A stretch of 64,000 nt of DNA, taken from Balanoglossus misakiensis (Eukaryota; Animalia; Hemichordata). Shown here piece by piece: positions 48,427 to 61,900 of this stretch (its first letter is position 1; each line of letters opens with the position of its first letter). The stretch covers positions 6,000,509 to 6,064,508 of the forward strand of contig CM082586.2 in assembly GCA_040954595.2 (NCBI GenBank), in the 5' to 3' direction. A model generated the notes under the pieces. It was given only the letters and a program-made list of their open reading frames with translations. It was not told the origin of the DNA and made no database searches. Both the position numbers and the translations under genes were made by a program.

Positions 48427-49459
48427 ATGCCTAAAATTGATCTCAGGCCGTCGGAGATTTATTTCTTGCACGACTCCATCGACTGTCGTTTTCGGGACGG
48501 TAGACTACTCCTCGAAACATTGGAGGAACTGTTGTACGGCAAAAAATCGGTTACCGATATTCAGATCATTGCCGTGTTCTACTGGCAGGAAAAATGGTGC
48601 ATTTACGCCGGACACAGACGACTCTTTTTGTACAAACAAATAGAACAGCTGGGTCTAGTCGACAGAATATCAGTTCATGAGATCCACCGTCACAGAATTA
48701 ACTGGGACGTCGTCGACAAGAAAAATACGACGCGAAACGACGGGGTGTCCGTCGACATACGCAACGACCACAACTTCGACGTTAAGTTAAGGAGAACGAT
48801 TAACAAGTGGAAATCGTCTTTAAAAGGTGTGTATATCCCATTTTTGTGTCATACTATTTCACTTTTGAACTCCAATTTTACATATCTTTGGATTTTAACT
48901 GAATTGGTAAGAACTGGCGGTTTAATAGAAGCAAACAATGTTTTAAGCGAGATCAGTAACTTCAATGTAGGGGCCAAGATGGCGGCCGTTTGTATCTCTC
49001 CCTCCCTTTATTAGAGTGTGCATAATACACACCAAATTAATCGTTATTACTGAATCAATTGTTTTTGAAAGTCTTCTTACGTTACGTTAGGTCACGTTTA
49101 CTTATCTTACATGTAACTTACCTTAATTTACCTTACCTTACATTCAATAATTGAAGGAAAACAAAACCCTGAAATTGTTGGAAATAATTATCTCTTTTGG
49201 ATTGCTTTCTTTAATAAGATTTTTATTCGATGCAGACACGTCTCGGGTGGATATTGAGGATGTGCAACCACGCTACCATGGCAACATAACGACTTGGCAT
49301 CCTTCACAATATAGCGACTCCCACTCCGGAAGAGAAGTCGGAATCCGTCACTCGGAATGGAATTATAGTGACACGATGAATGTCGTCACTGGAAGTCAAA
49401 CTCAACGCCACTACCACACAGCATCCAGAAATTTCTCGTGTCCTTGTACCATTCTTTAA
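48427..49459 (+). CDS. ParB/Srx-like domain protein, paralogue D; exon 1 48427-48826, exon 2 49236-49459 ending in a CaaX box (SCPCTIL*)
   Basis: Same domain with YAGHRR. A phase-1 intron (GT...TGCAG) joins in frame to DTSRVDIED...NFSCPCTIL*. Confidence 0.75.
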
Positions 49460-51778
49460 GATCAGAAAAAAATGCGAAGAAAGTGACAATGGAAAGGAAT
49501 CGTAACGGACGGTCTCTAACGTCTAGACTCGCTGACTTATAACCCCTCAGGATGTCTATAAGGATTAATGATTGACATCTTTAAAGTTATTAATTGTTAA
49601 TAAGTATACAGACGAACATTACTGATCCAACGTGACCTGTGAATGCGAAGCTCTGACGCATTCTTTGTAATTACAGTCACTTGATATAATTGTGATCAAC
49701 TCCAGACTTGAGATGCGCTAGACATGATTCTATTTTTATTGTGTCTTTCTCATTTCGGCGGCTAGTGAAAAATGCCTTTTTTCTATTCCCAAATGTTTTG
49801 CGGTGTTGTTTGAAATGAAAATCGATGTAAATTTCTGCCAATTGTGTTGAGCAATATCGCTTGTAATTTTAACATGCCATCTCCTTCAAATCTACTGTGA
49901 TCCATCTATAGAGGGCGTCCTCGTCAGTCTCGCACTAAAAAGTGCCCAAACACACACTCGGCTTCCGCCTCATAAAATACAGGTGCGACCGAATCAGTGT
50001 TACACTCGACATCTTCATCGGCTTATGAAAACATGTCAAAAAGCGTTTATTCACTTCACACTTCAGACGTACATTCAGGAAGTTCTTAAATATGGCATGT
50101 CGTAAGTATTTCATGTAGATCTGTACCCAATAAAATTACAAAATATTTTCAAAACTTGGAAATATAATCTAAAGAGAATAAAAGGGTAAATAAAAAACAT
50201 AGGAATACTTAACAATACTTTCCTGAGCCAACTATAGTACAGGTATAAATATATTTAAATAAGCTTAAGTACAGTTTTACATAATTACATAGTTAAGTGC
50301 GAAAGGTAAATGTTTGTTGACAAACAAAACAAAACTAAACAAAACAAAACAATCTACTTTTAAAAAGCAGTAAAAGTACAGCGAAAAACTAATATATAAA
50401 CGTCTTAAATTGCATTGTCATTAAATCAAACTTAAATTCAAAATTTAATGGTTACTATGGTACATGGTGCTGAAATCTTGCGTGTTGATCAGATTGTGTG
50501 GATAAATGTACAAAGAACGTATCAACACACGACAGGCCGACATCGAGGAGGCAAAATGCCTCGCCCTGTTTACACCTAGGTACATTAGATATATATTACT
50601 GAAGCATGCCTTATGAGACTAAATTCTTGTAACAATCTCCTTCTGTCAATGTCAATATTTTTTCGCCACAAAAATTATAAAGTCTTTACTACTGCGTTTT
50701 CTGAAGTCAATATCAATTTGATTTGATGCGCAAGCCTCTTAATATCAAATGAGCAATTATTTCGTTAAGTGTGCAATATTTTTGTTCGCTATTTTGTAAA
50801 TAACTAATTCTAGCAAGGCCAATAATTTTTCCACTGGTTATGACTTTTTGTGTGTACGGCACATTGTACCGATTTGTACGACTAGGACTAATGAACTAAG
50901 ATGATATGGCGAGTAACAGTGCGAAATCTCGCGTCATGCTATAGACGCTTGTTTTGTCTTTGAACGAGTTTTCAAAGTTGGGTTAAATCAAGCACGACGA
51001 CACGCTGCTATCGTCCAGACACCATACAGCCTGTTATGTGCGTTTTTCTCTGCAAATTAAAACTGGTGTCCCTCAGCTGCTGGCCAGTCGATCCAAAGCA
51101 CCAGTTCCAATAAATCGCAACTATGCGTCAGACGTCGCTGACGACTGAAAGCGTTCAAATGATATAAGAACCGATTTTAATCTCCAGACGACAGTAAAAC
51201 TGCCGAAAAGTCAAAGTAGAATATTTTCACGACTGTGTTATTTTTACGACCGGTGTCACTTTGCTTTAGCGGGGCGATTGAGCTTTTAAAGCGGTAGTCT
51301 ACATTTATGATTGGCAAGAACGCAGTGTCTAAACGTTACAGTTCAGAGAAGGCGGCTAATTATAACGGGGATAGCTTGTACCACAGTCCCCCAGTCACTT
51401 GGTTTGTATACGTACTGGCAAAATGGCTAACACGACAGACAGACGGAAAACGTGAGACCACTGAGTCTAAGCATCACAGTCAATGAAATCATGTCATACT
51501 TTAGTCTGAATTGGATCACGACAGCTGTGATGGCGAACAAGAGAGCGCTCCGCTCCTTTGAATGACATTTATAATACATACCACAGCCAGACAAAAACAT
51601 ATAAAACAGGCGAGTTGTTCGAACATTTTGAGAGTTTGAAAATGGTTGCCTCTTTTTAGATGGCGGCGTCTTCAATTTTCTGTCGATAGCAACACCGCTC
51701 CCGAGACATCTTGAACCTCCGAAAAAAAGTCACTTGAAACTAGGCTAATGATTTAATTATTTTTTTGCGACCAGTCGG

Positions 51779-54700
51779 TCATTTAGACGCATTCTCCCAG
51801 CCGATCAACGCTTTCTCGTCCACGGCAATTTTTAACAGCTTGGCCGCGATGTAAACCTCCTGCTTAGCATCATCCGGGACATTCATTTTATCGGTGTAGA
51901 TGTAGTCCATGAGGATCCTGAGCGCACGCGCAGTGGGCGGCGGTTTGACGAACTCGATGCCGCGCCCTCTCCCGACGTCGTCGACGTGTTTGGTGTCTGC
52001 CGACAGCGCGTTCTTGATGTACTCGCTCTTCTCCTTCAGCAGCGACGAGTGCACCCTGTACTCGATGTCCTCGGCGTCCAGGCTGAAGTCCGGCTCGGTC
52101 TTGAACCTGGAGTCGTTGTACTTGATTCTCCGCACCTGGAACTCGACGTTGGTGTGGGCAGAGACGGCGACCGATGACGGTTCCTGTTTCGCCTCGATTT
52201 TGACCGTCTTTTTCGCTCCCTTGTCCTTCTTTCCTGTCTTCTCTTTCTTCGGCGAAATGTGCTAAACCGAGAAGAAAAAATATTAGTACAGTATTCTGAC
52301 CAGTGACCTCGCGTAGGGGCAGCACTGTATTCAATTTGCTTAGTTCTAAGGACGTTTTAAAAAATACTTTGTACACACAATTTCTGAAACTACCGAAAAA
52401 GTCATAGGTTGTCACACTGAGACATTTAGGCCCCCAGGCTATTAGGGATATTTTTCAAGTAGTCGAGTCGCTGGTGAGCACTTTTTGACAGTTTCATAAT
52501 AACCAATAGAATTTGTATGATGTGGATCAAAGTTGACCTTTGTCCCGGGAGGTCATGATCATTAGTCTGAAGTGTTTTTCGCACAGAAGTTATTTTGTCT
52601 CCGAAACCTTCAGTTCCATATGGTACCCTAATTGTGGCCACTGTCCCGTAAAATCCCGGCGTGAACTTGTTTAGCAATGTCGTATTAACTGCAAGAAGAA
52701 TCACGCATGCAGTGGAACTAAATATCACAGAAAAATATATTCCTGTTACTTTTATGGTCTGTCGTCAGAGATCTGGTGAATAAAACACCACTCGATAACA
52801 TGTTACGTGTGCCAGTCATGATGTCATAATTTTTATGAGGAAGGTCAACAAGGGTCACGCGATTAGAGTACCCGGATTCAGTCGGTGTTATTTATACTCA
52901 ATTCATATATTCATTTTTATTTGCGAATTTGAAAGGTTATAACAATTTGATGTTTTTGCTAATTCTCGGATGCAGACGAGACAAATATTGTCGACTTTAC
53001 CAGTCGCACGGCCTTCAAATGTTTTCGGCGGTGACTACATCGAACATTCATTTAAAAAACAACAACTAATATACAAGTATCGTTAGTTTGTATTATTCTG
53101 TCTGTGCGTTCTCATCATCACGATGTGACCTTAAAGTGACCTTCGCAGGTTTATGGCGTGTGAAAAGGAAGGCTTTTATTGAAGTAGAACTCCACAGGGC
53201 AATAACTCAAACCTTGACCCGAAACCGAAAGACATCCCTGTATCATTTACTACGTCTCCGTGATTTCAATAACGTGATGGAGTGTTATTCATTCCGTTAT
53301 GCGATGCTGTCGTATCATATTTTGTATCGGTTATGAAATAGGCCTTAAAATCTCAGTACCGACAAAGACGGGCGACTATCACACTGTGAATGCGATTATT
53401 TTTTATCTGTAGTGCATAATTTGCATTGGATAACAGGGTTGATTACACTTTTACACAGCAGTAAAAGTTGTTTGTTTTCGCGATGACCGCCGGAAAGCAG
53501 CGCTGCACTAAATGATAATTAGGGCCTTGATCTAACATAATTGTTGAATATCGCACAACGGAGCGAGCCCGTGTCATTTACAGTAATGACATTTGGATGC
53601 AGGATACTACATTAATTTTTAAAGGTAATAAGACAATTGACATCCGCGATAGAGTAATTGTAATTAACAATCGGGATATTATTACTATTACATGTAGTAC
53701 GTAGAGAAGTTTACTAAAAATTAAAAACTGTGCGATTTAGATGTAATTGCTCGACGTCGCGTAGGCAGTTAGTGTCTGGATCATCGAAGCTGTTGTAATG
53801 TCATGACTAACCATACTCGCGAAATCTAAAAACCTTTCGTGCATAGTAAAGTTAATGGTTATGGTTTTCGCAAAATGCTGCTCTGCGTATCTGGAAATTT
53901 GCCAACAGCCGTTTATAATAAATGGGGACTGGCCGACGATCGACGGAGCACTAAATAAATGGGATAGTAAGTTGTCATATGGACTGCCGCGTGATGGTGA
54001 TAGATCGTGTCACGGTCGACGCGGGGAAATAGACACGGCTTACTTCAGAAACGCGCGCGCGAACACAAACAAAACATTCTTGGAACAAAAATGGCCGGAA
54101 GCGCGCGCCGTGATGCGTGAACTTGAGCGTCATATACAGCGTTCAGACAGTAGGTTTTGGTTTATGCGGTAACAAGCGTCGCGAAAGAATGGCCAATTTA
54201 AACTCGGTCGCATTCCTTGACACTTGACCTTACACATGCTTCGGGAGTTTGTAATGCTTCTACAGTTCTATCACATGTCTTTCTTGTGACCATGGCAACC
54301 GAGCCAAGAAAGGCGATCACGCTGAACGGCGCGCTGACATGACCCAGTACTGGTAGTGGTCAGAAAGAAACCGCATGTTGACATGTTGTAACCACGGGGT
54401 GGTTTTCCGAGCTAGTCAGCGGACTGTGATGAGAAAATTACGACGCGAGTAACTCGGCTACCAGACGCGGGGCCGAATGAAAGTGTTTACGTATACCAAC
54501 ATCCTACTATTCATAGTGATGTCGAGTATAATTTTAAAGGGAAATCACGGTCGTTTGTTGTATGGCCATGGCGAAATAAAGGTTCTTTTGTTGACGTTTT
54601 CTGTCCACGTTTTTATCATTCAAGGGCGGTGGTACTGGAGAAAAGAAAACATGATGGTAATCGATGCAACGAGGTTGTTGACGAAAACACCACACTTTCC

Positions 54701-55949
54701 AGTAGGTAGGCGTGATTACAACCTTCCCTGTCCCGTACATATTTCAATTGTAATGCGACAAGATGCGCAAATACACTCAAATTGCATAAGAGTAAACGTT
54801 TTAGGCAATTTCAGCTGTTTTCAACAAATACCTGTGGGCTACACCATAAAACGATACAGTGCATACACAAATTCCGTGTCATAGGAAATATACATAATTA
54901 ATGAATGCGATTTCATGAATTCCCTAAGTAGTCGACAGATGTGTTTTCGGCGACAAAAGGCCAACCCATCACGCTCTGCACCTCGCAATGTCAAGCCTGT
55001 TGCGATCAAATCGTCAATGAGTTAAAACGAAAACAGTTGCACATTATGTATCGCGATTGAATGCGGACATATGAATACTGAAAAGCGGAGTGTGGAATGG
55101 GAGTCGCCGAATACATGTATTTACAGTTTCAAAATGGCGACGACGTCTGTATTTGCTGATTTCTAACACGACCCAAATTGTCAGTCGGATGTGCGTCCGA
55201 CAGTTGTCAACATAACGGATCGATTATTTTCTTTCTCTGGTGGGGGTTGTTGGTCCACAAAGATGGCATTGGGTTTGCCTCAGTGTCGATCGATAGCGGC
55301 CGAAGGACGGTCAGCAGAGGGCCGCGCTTGGCCGTGTATCGCCGTCGTAAGCTGGGAGTACCTGCAACTGTGCTTGTCAATTTCACGGCGCGCGCGCGCG
55401 GTGATGGCTTTCTTAAGATTTAGACTGGATCCTATTTCACAGAAGATGGGCCATCCTTTAGTTCGTTTTGAATTTAGGGAAATTGAAAATTGATAAATTT
55501 ATATGGGTCTGGTACAGTAGACATTAATTTTGATGAGTGTGGGAGCGCTGCGTACGATGATCAGTGTAAATGTTCGCATAAATAGCTCTCTGCTACGTGG
55601 GTGGGGCCCATGAAAATTTGACATTAAAATTGACAAATACTGCATTCACGATCGCATCGTAGTCTTTGGCGAGTATTTTCGCATACATGTTCAGTTATGA
55701 AGTATCTCTTGTCTGTAGTAAATAACCATAGATGTAGAAATGCGAAAAAGGAGCAAAATGGCGACGATCGAACGCGAAGATACGCCGCGTCGCGATGAAC
55801 AATATTCGACGTCATCGCACACTCACCTTCGCCTCCTCAGTAGCTTTGTTATCGGCGTCGGTCGTGGCTGCCGGTTCGCCGGAGCCGTTCTGCTCTACGG
55901 TAGTGTTCTCCTGTCGCCGCTTGGCCATCAGTTTTCGGTAGACGAACAT
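51779..55949 (-). CDS. Small BTB/POZ-domain protein (~201 aa); exon 1 55949-55827, exon 2 52261-51779
   Basis: Exon 1 MFVYRKLMAK...EEAK (GTGAGT donor, phase 0) joins HISPKKEK...; BTB motifs PDFSL..EYRVHSSLL...SEYIK...ALRILMDYIYT...VYIAAKLLKI, followed directly by a stop. Confidence 0.82.
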
Positions 55950-58900
55950 TTTGATGTTTTTTCTTTATTTTTCTCGCGTCTTCTTCCTCACAGCAAAAAC
56001 CCACACAGCCAAGGAGATCGACCGCGATCTGATGCAAACACACACGCCTAGAATCCAATGCTGACCTACACATTGACGATCAGGTCACCGCAAATTTACA
56101 TATGAATGCAGGCCGTGCGAGCCATAGAAAGTATCGGCTTGCCTGGACTTCCCAGAGTTGCGAGATCATGTTTCATCCAAGGTCACAGTATACCAAATTA
56201 CCAAACAAGCAATTTTCCAGATGAACGCCATGTTGATGATGATACTGCTCTTATTACTTGGCAAAATATTGTGCAAAAAATAGAAGAAAACTCAGTTTTA
56301 TATTTGTTCAAAACATGAGCGCCCGTATATAGCCTAGTGGTCTAAGTGCGTGTACGTGTATTTGTTTTCACATCGAGGTGATATTTCGAGTAAAATAGTC
56401 CTAATATTGTCTAAAATTGGGTTACAAATTAAATGTCGCCAGTGACGATTCGTCTCTTAAAAGGTGAATCTTGCAGTCAGTCCTGAGTGTGTGTATGCAC
56501 AATATGCAAACACTTTTATCTGTTGTGTCTGACTTGGATCACGGGGTCGACACACTCGATTGTTGAATAGGCCTAAGCTCACAGAACCAATGGAATAGGT
56601 ATTTGAAATGGACAACAATAATAAAACACACAACAGCAGCAGACTGCTCATGCAATATGCAGCAGACGTCTATTGACATAACATTTTCTCACAAACCGTG
56701 AGAATTGAACTCGTGTGGGTCAATCACCTTTACACCACCACTGCTATTGTGCCGCAATCCTTTGTTCGACTCTGTAAGGTAAACACAGCGGAACATTACA
56801 AACTCGCTGGTTGTATTGGTTCTAAAAACACAAACGGAAACTGTCAGCCGAACAAAAACCGAATCGAAAGAGCGCGACGGGTACTGACGGTGCTAAGACA
56901 TAAACTTTGACCTTGACATAGGCTTTAGGCTGGAGCACAATCGAATCCCTCTATATTTTCCGAAAGTCGGTATCTAATCTTGTAATACAGACAGACTTTA
57001 AGTAGATTAACTCCACCAATATAATTGACTTGCACTGGTCAGTATTTTAACGTACAGCCGGAAAATTTTAGTGGTTCTTACAAGACTTACGAAACACTTA
57101 TACCAGTATGTAATTTGACATAGTAAACAAAAAAATAGAATCTTCTTCCAGACGCCCTTTTTGATTAATTAGATGAAAGACTAGTGCGAGTTAGTTATTT
57201 TATCTGACCACTTCACGGCATCTAGGCGCTCGGCGAAGATAAACAACACAGGAATGTGAATGCAAACAGTTGAACTCAAATATAGTAACGATATCTTGAT
57301 AGCAGCGACGAGAGCGCATGAGCGACAAGCAGGCAGATTTAAAAACCACTTTGTGGTTTCGATGACATCGACAAGGCCATCCAAATGTGTGAGCCGCCTA
57401 CACACAATATCCGTCGCAGATAAGAGATAGGAACGTGAATATTAAGCCTGAGGTCGGTTGGTCATATTGACAGAGATCAGAGGTTGATTGTATAGAATCC
57501 GATAATTAAATTTTTTTCAGTCATATCTAAATATAAAATCACAAAATCCTGATCAATATAGAAAAAACTAACCCCTTACATCATGTACATAGAAGTTTAA
57601 ACGTGACAGCAAAATAATTGTTTGTTCATTTCTTTCCCACTTTGCCTAAGTTGGTAGCCGTGCGGTCAGTCAAGTCAAATATTCCAGATTGAAGCCACGG
57701 ATACTTGCGCTCATTACTCACGTCCTGAGTCGATGATCGTAACGAGCGCCACCATTGTTTTGCTCGGTGCTTTTTTCGGATGCGCAGTGGCAATGGACTA
57801 ATACATGTGTACTTTCGAAAGTTTTAATGGAGAAAACTGTTATTGTGAGATAAGCAGATTTTTGTGCCGATTGTTCTCAGATATATATATATTATTAAAC
57901 ATACGCTTATAACATTTGTATACCACGCAGTGAATTGTCGATCAAATCTGAAATCATGTAGCTTGTTTTTAATATACCAAATAAAATTCAATGTACATGT
58001 ACCTACGTAAAGTAGCGCCCTCTTTGTCAGATAAAGCAATCCTGAACCAGCGGCGTTTATTTTCTGCTTTCGGCGAGCTAATGCACACGTGAGCGGCTAT
58101 AACAGGGGCAAAGTTCATTCGACTAAAAAGAGACCACAAAACTAGCATACAAGCAAAAACTAAACTAAACTCAAAGTTAGAAAGCTATGCACTACGCAAA
58201 GTCCTCTTTTATCGACGGTCATTGTATCTTAAGTTATAATAGTACTTCTAAAAAAACAGAATGCGATTTTCTTAAGGAGTTTTGCACACAAATGTGATTT
58301 AATTAAAGAAGCGATTCGGCAAAGGCTCGTTTGGATGAACTGAGCTCATAGTCTAAGGCCGTTGCAACGACATAAACAAACACACTTCTGAACGGAGAGA
58401 GTGCCTGTGGGCACGTGGTATGAAAAACGAGTACCGGTGCCAAAGCATGCAAAGGGGGCGGGCGCTATCGCGACTGCGGGTTCTTTCAGCGGCGCGTCAC
58501 TGGATGTCTATTGCGCATGAGTCCACGATACCATAACCTTCCGTGGGAATACGACTGCGCACGTCTGGAAGAAAATGCTATCTCTCTCGGACCTTTCCAG
58601 TTCATTTGTTCCAAGACTTGGCGTTTCCTTATCTAGCAGCGTTTTATACGGACCTTAAATCTGGTGGCATAGTTTATAGTCGTACCGGTTTTCTCTCGCG
58701 ACCAACGCGACCAGCAAACTTGTGTGTGGAATTCCACTGTGGCCTGTTTCGGATAAATTTGGTGTACGCGTATTATCGAGGCGACAAGTGGTGTGCACTA
58801 CATCACGTCAGGTCCGCTTGACTGGTGACTGCGGGTGACACGGCAGAAGGAGAAAGTTCATAGTTCGCGTGGAAAGGCACTCGCAGTTGGTGCGTCTGTT

Positions 58901-61900
58901 TGTCCCGGGAGAAGCCGCGCGTCTCCCAGCTAGAGTATACAACGCTCAGCACTGTCCGTGGAAATTGTTCCAAGTCCGGAGACGTTTGTCGTGTGGTTAT
59001 CTGCCCAGTAAGACGGGTGACACGCGAGGCCTGATGCCCTGGTTAATGATTACTGAACCGCTTTCTCACCGCGTCGCAATGCAAGGTTCGCCCACGTACT
59101 GTTTATACACATAAAAAGCCATAAACATTTGACAACGAACCGGATTACCGCAGTTAGCGTTTATGCACGCCATAACGCACTCTGCTTGTTCACCGAATTC
59201 TGCAACTCACCGACGCGGCGCTTGTCGGGGCGAGAAGTCGAGAAGATGCAACGGAGGCTGGTGTTGTTGTCGCTTTATTTACCAGGTAAATAACTGATTA
59301 ATCGTTGTCGTAATTGATCTATGTTGTACATTTCATATTCGATTGTGCAGCTGCAGGTGACATACCATGCCCGCTGCGTTTGCGTCGAGTCACAGCTTTC
59401 TGCTGCGCCGTAACAATGCATTGACGCACTGACCCAGTTACATGGCACGCCTGCGCTTAGAAATAGCGGTGCTTTGATATCTATTCCCTGCGGAGTACGC
59501 TCACGCAACAGGGCCTCGGAACGAGCCCAATTTGTCATTGAGACTGACGCAAAGCTCTTCCCAGTTATCTCTAAGAAACAAACACGTGCAGAGATTGGCG
59601 AAAATTCGGCGTAAACGTACACTACACGCCGAAAGACCAAACACCACAAGCTTTTCTGAATGCGACACCAAACGACATTTCTTTGTCAATTTTAGTAGTG
59701 TTCGCCTTAAAAAGAGCAAAGCCTGCTTTATCAAAAGGAAGCTATGAACGTCGCGTCGTATCGCATTGTGTATCTCTCGCGTATTGATTCAGTTAACGTT
59801 TTTTTTCAAGGCTGTTCGGCAACGCGGCGAGACAGTCCCGTATTGTGCGTCCTTGTTTTGTCAACGCAGTCGTCCTGGTGCATGCCCCAGCTGATGCACA
59901 TATTTCGGCTGTATTGTCGTGTTTTACTTTTTGAATAGTGCTAATAAATTAGAACCAGAATTGAAAATTCCCGGATCTTCGGAATTCGCTTGAACAGACG
60001 ACGCGATGTCAGCACGCGAAACCACAGGGTAGGTAGGGCTGGAAGTCAATATCAAAAACATCGATTATGCAAATACTGGACGCGTGACATATTAAATGAC
60101 GCTGGTGCAATGGGCGTGGCGGGGGACTCGAGTAGGAGAACACGGGTAGAGCAAAGAAACTACAGCAGGCGTAAACAAGTATTGCCGTAAATCATTCCCG
60201 GTTCAATGACTGCTTTTCTGTTGGTACAAGATGGACGTGGTATTAGCCTTATAAACAAGTGGCACTTAAAACAAGTTGTAGTGTAAATTGAGCTGGGTCA
60301 ACTTGAACCGACCTTGACCGAGTAACAGTCCGGAGTTCACTGAAAGAAATTGCTGTAGCCTTGTTATTTTTGTCAAAACAGACATTTATAATGATTCGTG
60401 AACCCCACCACGTGGGTCACATACATGTACTGCGAATGAACATAACCGTATACAGAATATACGCTTTAATTATGGAATATGAAATTCCAGCTTCTCAAGT
60501 TACAGATCGGATATTAACTTGGGGGTAAATTCACTCAGAAAATGCTGAAAATCTCCATAAAGACCCATAGGCAGTACTGAGTTATTGGTTTATGTTTCCA
60601 ACGCCACTGTTCATAATTAAGGTACATATGGGGCCCTAAATATGGAAATAGATTGTCTCAGGTCTGGCAAATGTTAAACAACGAAACTTGTGTACACATG
60701 CGCCAATTATAATTTTTAAACATTTAGTATTTTGTAAAAATTGATATTCCGTGTGGATTTTGTTCAATTTTCACTTTTGGCTCTCGCCCGGGTTCAAGAA
60801 TTCATACCAGCTCGTACAATATGGCATAGCGGATTGAAACGGGCCAGATGAACGGTATTATGCAGATCTTGTTTGGCCACCGTCGTCTCCCGTGCATGTA
60901 AAGAGCCGCACAAAGAGTCTGCGGGCAATATAGAGATGTGTGTACTTAGCAAGCTCTTAGAATATAAAGGATGGTCGAAGAGTCCCCTTAGGCGACACTT
61001 TGCGATTGAGACTTTCGCTCTACGCGGTAGACGGTGTCCGGCATGCACTGGCTGGATGTAGGTTGTTTTGGTTTTCGAGCGGGAACTGAAGCTGACTTGT
61101 CTGTTGTAATTATCAGTGTCCAGTCCAAGACAATTCCAAGGAATTGACAAAGACGCCGCTTAAGCCATCCAGGATTATCATCAAGGTGATCGGTGCATGG
61201 ATAAACAAACACAAGAGGTGAATACGTCGCCGATTCGCCGCGCGACCCCTCCTTCTCCATCCCAGATTTAGTTGCAATGCGGGTAGCTTGTTGCTGAACA
61301 AAAAAACGTACATAAAGTCGTCGGTAATTGCAAAGTGAAATGTAGTCTGGAATATGTCTGCCCCTCCCCGTCTGTTATAGGACAGAGCAGATAGGTATTG
61401 AAACAGCCGTGGCGCGGAAACCCAAGAAAATTGGCGTAACATCCGTGTTCGGCAGGCGAGGGCATAGCATCTCAAACTACAAGCCATATCGTCCGGATTG
61501 GCTACTGTTTTCCCTTTTCCCAATCTTCGGGTGGCCTTCGTGTTGTTTTAGAACCCTATAGCTTTTAGGAGTACCTCTTTATTGAAAAGGGATAGCCTTT
61601 ATAACACTCGATACAGCCGGCCAAAAGCGTGTGAGGCAAACCCACCCGTCAGAAGTTCACATTCTTGCCGGGGTGTGTTTGGCAATAAGAAATCATTTAC
61701 CTTCTCAATGATATTTTCGCAAGGAGTTTAACCACTGAAACAGTTGTAATTACTTTAAATGTTAAGCGAAAAGTATGAAAGCAAAATTCAATATTGTTCA
61801 ATGTTTGGGAGAGAATAAGATGTTTAATATTGAAGTTTCTTGTATGTGAGTTAAAAGATGCAGTGGAAGCGGTCATTCAAAGAACTATAACGTAAAATAG

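Noticed and set aside
44733-49459. Reading the ParB-like genes as a bacterial partition system, contamination, or true sulfiredoxin
   Set aside because: They have spliceosomal introns and a CaaX tail, with no ParA or HTH, and they lack the Srx FGGCHR cysteine.
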